Source: an uncultured virus (IMG/VR IMGVR_UViG_3300014962_000005) | Taxonomy: Duplodnaviria > Heunggongvirae > Uroviricota > Caudoviricetes | DNA: 64,000 nt | Strand: one strand, 5' to 3' | Virus record (IMG/VR): IMGVR_UViG_3300014962_000005 | Shown: positions 56,867-64,000 of the stretch, piece after piece | How positions within the stretch are numbered: the stretch's first letter is position 1 | Layout: each line of letters starts with the position of its first letter | Program-made: the position numbers and the translations under genes | The notes under the pieces: model-generated | Told to the model about the DNA's origin: nothing | Seen by the model: only the letters and a program-made list of their open reading frames with translations | The model's database searches: none

Positions 56867-59422
56867 TAGGTCAACAACTTCCCCCTCGTCGCCATCGGGA
56901 TTGCCTAGGAGGCGGGCCTCGGCGGTGCGGCTGACGCCCTTGTGCTTGTCCCAACGGGTCACGTGGGTCCACATGTTGTGGCGGTCGCCGTCCAGCATGA
57001 TGCGCTTGTCCTTCTGGTAGCCCTCCTCGCGCAGCAGGTTGCCGAGATACTGCATGGAGGCGTCCTTGCCCCCTGACAAGAGCACGCACTCACGGAGCTT
57101 CTGAATGCTCACCAAGTCAGGTCTCACCAGAGGGTTCTCGCCGTCCTTGATGATCTGCCGAACGATCTGGTGCGTGTCGTTCACACTGGTCTCCACAAGG
57201 TCGGAGAGGTAGGTGGTGACCGGGGCGTGGCTGTCGGCAGGGAAGTCGTCGGAAATCTGCCAGTTCTCGAAGAAGTGCCGCATCTCAGCGGCCCGGTCGT
57301 TGATGACCTCAAAGAGCTTCTCGAAGTAGCCCCGACCAAGGGCGACGACTTGCTCGCGCGTCTGGAGGCGGCTCTTCAGGACGAAGTAGCGCCGGTCGTC
57401 GTCCGTGATGGCAAGGCTGTCGTGGTGGTTGGTGAAGAGCAGATAGTTGGTGCGGTTGGGCAGCTCGCGGTTGTCCATGAACCGCTGGTTGACCGAGATG
57501 CGGGCGTTGGAGATGAGGGGCTTCAAGACGTTCATCACCTCATGGCGGTTGGTGCCTGCCACGCGAATCTCCTCAAGGGTGACGAGCTGGTGGCCCACCG
57601 ACCAGTCGTTCCACTGGCTGTTGAGGGCATTGCAGTCCACGGTCTTGACGTGGGCGTTGCCGAGAACCGCCCGCATCAGTTCCGCTAGGGCCGTCTTGCC
57701 GCACCCTTGCGCCCCCTGCAATAGGACGGCCCAGCGGACCTTGCGGCCCGGATTCTGGACGAGGAAGGCCAAGAAGTCGATGACCGTGCGGCGATACTCC
57801 GGCTCGGCGATCAGGTTCTCCATGTGGCTGAGGAACACCTTGGCGACCTCGCCGGTCTCGTCGGCCTTGGGGGCTGGGTGGCTGCGGACGTAGGTGTTGA
57901 GGTACACCCGGTTGTCCTCGGTGAAGAAAATCTCGTTGGGCTGCGCCGGGTTGTAGTCCGTGGCGTAGACCGTGGGGATCTTCGCCTCGTTCATCACGTA
58001 ATGCGTCGGCAGGGTCGTCGGCTTGTTGGCGTCCTTGGAGTTCTCCACCGTGTCGGGGTCCGGCAGCAGCTTGCGGCTGTACATGTTGTTGAAGGCGTCC
58101 ATGTCGTAGACCTCACCCGTGCTGTGGCGCATGATCTTGTTGACGCTGGCGATGAACACCAGGCCCTTGACCCATGGTGGGAGCTTCTTGCTGGCCTCGT
58201 CTTTGCTGCGCTGGATCTTGGCCTTGTGCTTGGCCACGTCTTTGCGCACCGCTGTCGGCGTCAGGCGCTCGCCGAACTTGTTCTTCGCCGCCGTGACGAG
58301 GCGCTGGATGAGGGCGTCCTCCTCGGACTGGCCGATCATCAGGGTGCCGGCGATCATCTTCACCCCTGTCGTTGACAACTCGCTGAAGCTCTGCGCCGTC
58401 TCGAACCAGTCGCGGGTCTTGGCGAAGCTGGCGTCCTTCACCTGAGCGTTGCTCCAGCCAGCTACGGTGGCGTGGTGAAGCAGAGAGCGGATGGTCACGG
58501 GCGCACGTCCGATAGGGGTAGGCTTGGAGCTTCTCCAGTTGGTGCGGCAATCTTCTTCGCTGGCGTACTTCGTTCCTCGCCTCGACCACTCGTGGAAGAT
58601 GTCGAACGCCTCGTCCTCCAGCTTCGGGCAGAACTGGTGCTTGAGAGCTGCGATGATGTTGACCCACATCTCTCGGGAGCAATCCGGGTCAATGCTCTCC
58701 AGCGCCTCGGCTGCCACGTCGAGCGTCACCTCCTCGACCGGGGGCCGGAGGAAGCCGAGGTCGTCGAGTGTGGCCTCGCGGCCGGCACGGGAGGACGTGG
58801 GGCTGCCCGAGGCGGTGACGGTGATGTTGTGCTCCTGAAACGTCGCGCCCTCGCGGTTGTCGAGGATCAGGGGGTGGTCGTTCTCAACGTCCTGGTCCAA
58901 GAAGCAGATGGGTAGGTACATCGGCTGCACTGCCACCCGGCTCTCCTTGTTGAGCGTCACTCCCAGCTTCGAGGCGAGGGTCGCCAGGGCGTCAGGGTAT
59001 CGTTGAGGCGGGATGGCCTCGGCGTCTACCATGACGCGGAGTCTGGGGGCTTGGCGGGTGTGGCTGGCTGTCGTGTAGACGGCGAACGACCACGGCAGCA
59101 GGGCTTGCTCGATGTGGCCCGTGTTCTGGAGCAGGCTCTTGGCCTCGTCGCTGTCGTCCACGTCCAAGCACAGCAGGTTGCAATGCGTGGCGTGCTGGTG
59201 CTGGCGGGGGCTGGGTGAAGCGTCGAAGACGCAGGGGACGAGGTAGTTGGTCTTCTTGAGCTGGTCCCTCTCCCTTTTGGTGAGGCTCAAGAACTCATCA
59301 TGGGTGCGGTTGATGAGGACCGGGACGCTCAGGTAGCGTTCCACCAACTCGCGGAAGTTGCGTGCCGTCGTCACCTTACAGGTGCCGAGATCGGACCCCT
59401 CGCCGTAGAAGTATCGTGCCAT
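56861..59422 (-). CDS. primase-helicase (N-terminal primase, PriCT-2-like, SF3 helicase)
   Basis: LCLDVD, YTTASH, SREMWVNIIAALK...FHEWSRRGTKY, Walker A GAQGCGKT, LVTLEE, FTNH. Confidence 0.85.
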   Translation of the reverse strand: MARYFYGEGSDLGTCKVTTARNFRELVERYLSVPVLINRTHDEFLSLTKRERDQLKKTNYLVPCVFDASPSPRQHQHATHCNLLCLDVDDSDEAKSLLQNTGHIEQALLPWSFAVYTTASHTRQAPRLRVMVDAEAIPPQRYPDALATLASKLGVTLNKESRVAVQPMYLPICFLDQDVENDHPLILDNREGATFQEHNITVTASGSPTSSRAGREATLDDLGFLRPPVEEVTLDVAAEALESIDPDCSREMWVNIIAALKHQFCPKLEDEAFDIFHEWSRRGTKYASEEDCRTNWRSSKPTPIGRAPVTIRSLLHHATVAGWSNAQVKDASFAKTRDWFETAQSFSELSTTGVKMIAGTLMIGQSEEDALIQRLVTAAKNKFGERLTPTAVRKDVAKHKAKIQRSKDEASKKLPPWVKGLVFIASVNKIMRHSTGEVYDMDAFNNMYSRKLLPDPDTVENSKDANKPTTLPTHYVMNEAKIPTVYATDYNPAQPNEIFFTEDNRVYLNTYVRSHPAPKADETGEVAKVFLSHMENLIAEPEYRRTVIDFLAFLVQNPGRKVRWAVLLQGAQGCGKTALAELMRAVLGNAHVKTVDCNALNSQWNDWSVGHQLVTLEEIRVAGTNRHEVMNVLKPLISNARISVNQRFMDNRELPNRTNYLLFTNHHDSLAITDDDRRYFVLKSRLQTREQVVALGRGYFEKLFEVINDRAAEMRHFFENWQISDDFPADSHAPVTTYLSDLVETSVNDTHQIVRQIIKDGENPLVRPDLVSIQKLRECVLLSGGKDASMQYLGNLLREEGYQKDKRIMLDGDRHNMWTHVTRWDKHKGVSRTAEARLLGNPDGDEGEVVDLL

Positions 59423-59444
59423 GGTTAGGTGTGAAAGGGTGTAT

Positions 59445-60329
59445 TTATTCGCAGAAACCGCTGTTGCAACCGATGTTGTCCTCTTCTGGGTCGTCTAGGT
59501 ATGTTCCTTTCGCCCCCTTGCCAGTCATGCTCCATTTGACCACGTCATCAATGGTGGCAACCTTCAAGACGCGGCCATCCTTCGTGTGAAATTCCTTGGA
59601 CCGAAAGCGTTCAGGAATCTTGTCAGATGCGAAAAAAGTCGCGTTTCGCCCTCTCTCCCACATCTCCTCCTCCATGGCCCGAATCATATCTATGCGTTCT
59701 GGAAAATTGAGCGCGATGTTTCGCACTTCAGCTTTGATGGACATGATGCACGGCCAGCACCCGACTCGCCTAGCTCCCATGGAGTAGAGGGGGTTCAAGG
59801 GGATGCCGTACTTCTTGTGAATGTTAAGCACGTCGTCGATGGTCCAGCGGATGAGTGGTCTCCACTGCACGGTAAGAAGGTTGCCAGAGTAGTCCCACTC
59901 TGGGAGGTCAGCTCGATCTGCTGATTCATTGGCGCGAACACCTGACACGGCGACGACCTCAGAGTAAAAGGCCCGGAGATGCTTGATGTGATCTTGCGAC
60001 GGCCAAATTTTTAGCTCTTGCGTGCAGAACCGAACCATCTTGGAGGGGAAGCGGTTGTGAGCACGGACCATGTCGTAGAAGCCGTTTTTCGGCTTCAGCG
60101 TTTGAACGGGGTGTACCCTCTCAGAGAGAATCTTGATCTGCTCGTAGGTCCACTCGTGCTCGTTGCCCGTGTCCGAGAAGGTAGCGTTGATCTTGTGCTT
60201 TGGAATGCCGCTCTCGTACACCATCCAGAGAAGTACGGCGGTCGAGTCTTTACCCCCTGAGATGCCGACATGGAAGATGGTGTCGTCAGGGAGTTCTTTG
60301 AGCTTGTCAGTGTTGGAGTTGTTGGTCAT
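59445..60329 (-). CDS. PAPS-reductase-family (PP-loop) protein
   Basis: ISGGKDS, DTGNEH, RFCTQELK, GVRANES, RVGCWPC. Confidence 0.9.
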   Translation of the reverse strand: MTNNSNTDKLKELPDDTIFHVGISGGKDSTAVLLWMVYESGIPKHKINATFSDTGNEHEWTYEQIKILSERVHPVQTLKPKNGFYDMVRAHNRFPSKMVRFCTQELKIWPSQDHIKHLRAFYSEVVAVSGVRANESADRADLPEWDYSGNLLTVQWRPLIRWTIDDVLNIHKKYGIPLNPLYSMGARRVGCWPCIMSIKAEVRNIALNFPERIDMIRAMEEEMWERGRNATFFASDKIPERFRSKEFHTKDGRVLKVATIDDVVKWSMTGKGAKGTYLDDPEEDNIGCNSGFCE

Positions 60330-60903
60330 GTGATGTGAGTGTGTCAGTCTGTGGTTGTGAATCTTGTGCCTTCTGCGCCTCTGCCACTCGTCGGAGGAAC
60401 TCGGTGTGAACGTCCACCAGCCAGACGAGGGCTTTGTTGCGGTCGAGGCCGGGACGGACCCAGCGGGCGGGAGGGCCGAGGAGGTGGCGGGCGCTGCGCA
60501 GAAGCGCCGTCTCTTCGGCTCGGCGGTCGTTCTCGGGAGCAGAGGCGAGGTCGTGGACGAGGCGCAGGGTCTCAGGCTCGCTGGCCCACTTCAGGGCTTT
60601 GTAGAGGGGGATGGGCATGGCGTTATGTGTTCTCCTCCCATTGGCCGTGGATGCCTGCAACAAACGCTCTGCGATATTCTGGGTGCCACGACCCATAGGC
60701 CCAAAAGCCTACGCACTCTCCGCACTCGCAAAAATATTCCGCTTCGCAGGTAGGACTCATGCCGCAATAGACATCAACAACTCCGATTACCTTTTCCGTG
60801 ATCTCGGCCGAGTTGCATTTTGGGCATTTCTTTGGTGCCCCGTCGTCCTCGAAATATTCGGAAACGCTGCTTTCTGGTTGGGGTGTGTCAGGAGCCATAG
60901 CTT

Positions 60904-61206
60904 TTAGTCCCCCAGGCCGGCGGCGCGCATCTTGGTGTGGAGCTTCTGGTTCTTCTCGATCCACTCTTTCAAGAGGATGAGCCACGGGTTGAGCATTTTG
61001 GCCTTCTCGCTGTCGCCGTCGTCGATGGCGAGGGTGATCTCGTCTGACAGGTCGGCGGCAATTCGGACGATGCGGTTAAAGCCGAGGTGATAGGCCAGGT
61101 GGATCTGTTGGTCCAGGTCTCGGACGATGCCGTTGCGTGGGTGTGGTGATTCTTCGAATGTGGGCATGGGTGCTGGGATGATGGCTGATGAGGTGAGAGT
61201 AGTCAA
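60904..61206 (-). CDS. hypothetical protein
   Basis: ORF track. Confidence 0.55.
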   Translation of the reverse strand: MTTLTSSAIIPAPMPTFEESPHPRNGIVRDLDQQIHLAYHLGFNRIVRIAADLSDEITLAIDDGDSEKAKMLNPWLILLKEWIEKNQKLHTKMRAAGLGD

Positions 61207-61553
61207 GGGGCGGGTTTGCGTTTGCGGGGTCGGGCGAGGCGCTTCAGAGGGTGATGGCCTGTGACCTCTCGGGCGGCGAACTTCTTGGCCTCTACCGCCA
61301 GATAGTCCAGAATCTTCTGCGCTGGCCCTGTTGGCACGCGGACGTTGCCGTAGATCCAGTTGACGACGGACGGGTACTTCAGCCCTGTGCCTTCGGCGAT
61401 CTCAGTGTTGGAAAGGCCGATTCTGTCGCGCTCCGCTCGCAGAGCGTTGGCGAGGTTGTCGGAGTTCTGGAGGATGGCTGCTTCCAGGTTGTGCACGTCG
61501 TTGTAGAGCTTGCGCTGCTTGTCGAGGAAGTGCTGTGCGGTTTTGAGGCTCAT
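61203..61553 (-). CDS. XRE/Cro-type HTH protein
   Basis: LRAERDRIGLSNTEIAEGTGLKYPSVVNWIYG; start at 61553. Confidence 0.7.
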   Translation of the reverse strand: MSLKTAQHFLDKQRKLYNDVHNLEAAILQNSDNLANALRAERDRIGLSNTEIAEGTGLKYPSVVNWIYGNVRVPTGPAQKILDYLAVEAKKFAAREVTGHHPLKRLARPRKRKPAP

Positions 61554-61888
61554 AGGATTCCAGCGCGGTGTTTGCTGCGGTCGAGTTCGTCTTGCTCGGT
61601 CCAGTGGTCGCACCGCTGGCACTCGGCTTTGCCCGGACGGACAACTGCTAGTTGACAGTTGGGCTTGTCGCAGAGCTTCCACTCGTTGCCGAAGCCGTCG
61701 TCGATGTAGCGGATGTGATGCTGCCATCCATCGATCAGGTGCCCAAAGTCTCTCGGCTCCGTGCATAGGTCAATACCGCCGCAGATGTCGCAGGGAATCA
61801 CGTTCCACGTTGCCTCGCCGGGCGTTTTGCGCTTGCCGTATCGTTGGCCGCAAGCTTGGCAGATAAATGAGGGGTAGGGTTTGGTCAT
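61550..61888 (-). CDS. Cys-rich hypothetical protein
   Basis: several CxxC pairs. Confidence 0.6.
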   Translation of the reverse strand: MTKPYPSFICQACGQRYGKRKTPGEATWNVIPCDICGGIDLCTEPRDFGHLIDGWQHHIRYIDDGFGNEWKLCDKPNCQLAVVRPGKAECQRCDHWTEQDELDRSKHRAGIL

Positions 61889-62460
61889 TCTTCAACCTCC
61901 ATATACCCGACAACATCGCTGCCGGATTCGTGTTTCAGTTTGCCCCAAGCGACAGCGCAGGCGCGGATCGGGCCGACAATACGGCCGTTGCGGTATTGCA
62001 CAGTGACTAGCTTGCTGGGATGCACGGGCATCGGTTGGCCGGGTTGGTGTGGGGTCATGGCTCAGATCCTAGTTGAGCTGCAAAAATCAACAGGCAGAAC
62101 AAGCAAATGCCAACGATAAATGGCAGAGGTATGTCTTCGATCATACTTCCTCCTCCCATTGACCGTGAACGCGCAGGAATGCTTCGCAGCGTTGCCGGGC
62201 GGTTGCATGAAAGGTGAAACCTTCGGTGATCTCAGCCAAGGCTTTGTCATAAAGCATCCAGTTGTCAATGTCGCCAAGCGTCTTCTCAAACTCATGGCAA
62301 GCGTTGAGGTCGGCGACGTAGTTGGGAACCTTCTTCAAGAGAGGCCCGTCTTGGTTGCACTTGCCGCCCATGTCGCAAGGAGTTAGACAGTGGGTGATTC
62401 CATCGGAGGCAATAGGGAGTCCAAGAATCTTGGCTACCCGGATGTTGATTTGTTCGTCGC

Positions 62461-62766
62461 TCATTCCAGTTCCTTTCTCAGTTCGTGTTTTGCTTGTTCG
62501 ATGTCGCCGGCTTCCAGCAGGTCGAGGATGCGGCGGGCTAGGCTCGGTTGTTCTTCGATGGGGTGCCAGCCGATGATGGATGACGCGCCGCAATCGCTCC
62601 AATCCCAAGATGAGGCTTCTTGCGACACTTCAAGTTCTTGGCGACTGGATTTTGCATCGCACCGCTGAAAAATGCGCACTTCGACATGTGCAGGGCACGG
62701 CATCGGGTCGCCGGGGGTGTGGGAAATCCAGCCGAGGCCGGCGTGTTGGAATTTGTTGGGGGTCAT
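62461..62766 (-). CDS. hypothetical protein
   Basis: WISHTPGDPMP motif. Confidence 0.6.
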   Translation of the reverse strand: MTPNKFQHAGLGWISHTPGDPMPCPAHVEVRIFQRCDAKSSRQELEVSQEASSWDWSDCGASSIIGWHPIEEQPSLARRILDLLEAGDIEQAKHELRKELE

Positions 62767-63139
62767 GGGGTAGAGGTTTGGAGTTTTTCAGCCGCATACT
62801 TGGCGAGTTCTTCCAGTTTAATCAGCTCGGCGTCCATCTGGTGGTTGCTAGCCGAATAGATGACACCCCGAGGATACCGTTTAGACCACTCGGCCAACGC
62901 CTGCGTGACGGCGGAAGCCTCCCGCAGCCTCGCTTTTTCCTCGCGCACCTGCCGCAGCTCCTCGGCGTTGCGGGCGGCTTCAGCGCGGGCCTCGTTGCGC
63001 TCGCGTTCGAGGTCTTCCGCAACTTCGATCGGCACCCATTCGCCGTCCGCCGCTTTTTCAGCCTCGGCGTCGTAAATTCCGCCTTGGTCAAAGCGACAAA
63101 AGCAGCGCATTTTGGCTGCATCCGTCTCCGGCGTGTCGC

Positions 63140-63523
63140 TCATCGCGCACCCCCTTTCCACAGCTTGAATGCGGCGTCCTTGTCCTTGGCGTCGAGCTTG
63201 GACTCGGCGAAGGCTTGCTCAAAGTCGGCGGGGTAGGCTTCGCCGGGCAGGGCAATGTCGATGTAGTGGGTGCATCCAGGCCAATAGCCCTTAGAGGAAT
63301 ACCAAACGTCATTGCCTTTGCACCAGTAATGACGCACACACCCATCGGGCGCCTCTTCCGGCATCTCCGAGATTGGGCGAAGCTGCGGCTTGCAGGCGGC
63401 AACCACGGCGTCGCGGATGGCGGTGAGGTGGAGCCGGGTGCGTGGATGGAGGCGAGCGTTGATGGTGAAACCTGCGGCCTCGCAGCCAATCCTGTCCAGT
63501 TCTTCGATCGTTGGAATGTTCAT
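63140..63523 (-). CDS. hypothetical protein
   Basis: ORF track. Confidence 0.6.
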   Translation of the reverse strand: MNIPTIEELDRIGCEAAGFTINARLHPRTRLHLTAIRDAVVAACKPQLRPISEMPEEAPDGCVRHYWCKGNDVWYSSKGYWPGCTHYIDIALPGEAYPADFEQAFAESKLDAKDKDAAFKLWKGGAR

Positions 63524-63527
63524 CGTG

Positions 63528-63695
63528 TTATTTGAGTTCGGGGTTGATGTCGAGCGGGGTGTTGATGGGGACGCGCAGGTGGATGGCTGCGTGCTCGCGG
63601 GCGGTGAGGCCGGGCAGTGTAATCTGCGCGCCAGAGCCTTCCATGTGAACTTCAGTTGGGAATGCCGGGTCGTTTTCGTTGGTGTGTGTGCTCAT
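63528..63695 (-). CDS. 55-aa hybrid paralogue of the genes at 402-674 and 1-405
   Basis: MSTHTNENDPAFPTEVHMEGSGAQITLPGLTAREHAAIHLRVPINTPLDINPELK. Confidence 0.6.
   Translation of the reverse strand: MSTHTNENDPAFPTEVHMEGSGAQITLPGLTAREHAAIHLRVPINTPLDINPELK
63543..63575 (+). repeat. exact 33-bp copy of bases 1-33
   Basis: GTTGATGTCGAGCGGGGTGTTGATGGGGACGCG at both positions. Confidence 0.95.
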
Positions 63696-64000
63696 GGTTT
63701 TGTGTGTTCCGGTCCATCACCGGCTTTTGCATAGCGCCAGCATCCGCCATGGACGCAAGCGGAATTTTCACTTTTTACAGGGCGGCAAAAAATCGTCGCT
63801 CAAAATCACCTCCCCAGCCTCAAGGCGGCGGAAGACTTTACCGGGAAACTGCGTGTTGGTGTAGGTTTGCATGGTGTTAGATGTCGTCTGCGGGCCACTC
63901 CTCAAGGCCGAGGGCCAAGAAGTTGTGGCGACCTCCGAGGCGGCTGTGAATGCCTCGGACGTTCTCCCGTTGAGTCGCACGTTTTGGGATGAGCGTCAAC

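Overview
The window is an almost complete ~63.5 kb tailed dsDNA bacteriophage genome. It is podovirus-like: no tape measure or sheath gene was seen, and it has a block of probable ejection proteins. No integrase, tRNA, rRNA or CRISPR array was recognised. Layout: leftward small early genes (1-4.3 kb); a repeat-rich divergent control region with RHH genes and a TerS-like gene (4.3-7.4 kb); a rightward arm with a DNA adenine methylase, a methyltransferase/glycosyltransferase cluster, portal, scaffold, major capsid, tail fibre, lysis genes, a Pro/Thr-repeat protein plus glycosyltransferase-methyltransferase, an inverted TerL and a 2663-aa polyvalent-type protein (7.4-44 kb); and a leftward replication arm with SNF2 helicase, VRR-NUC, family A DNA polymerase, HNH, DUF2815, DUF2800, primase-helicase and a PAPS-reductase-like gene (44-64 kb). 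Most notable: a textbook type I hammerhead ribozyme in the early operon, a ppGalNAc-transferase-like enzyme translationally coupled to a mucin-like Pro/Thr protein, a 12-nt motif in seven early intergenic spacers, a structured capsid-gene leader, and repeat-flanked in-frame or whole-gene insertions. All family assignments come from motifs recognised by eye; no searches or folding programs were run.
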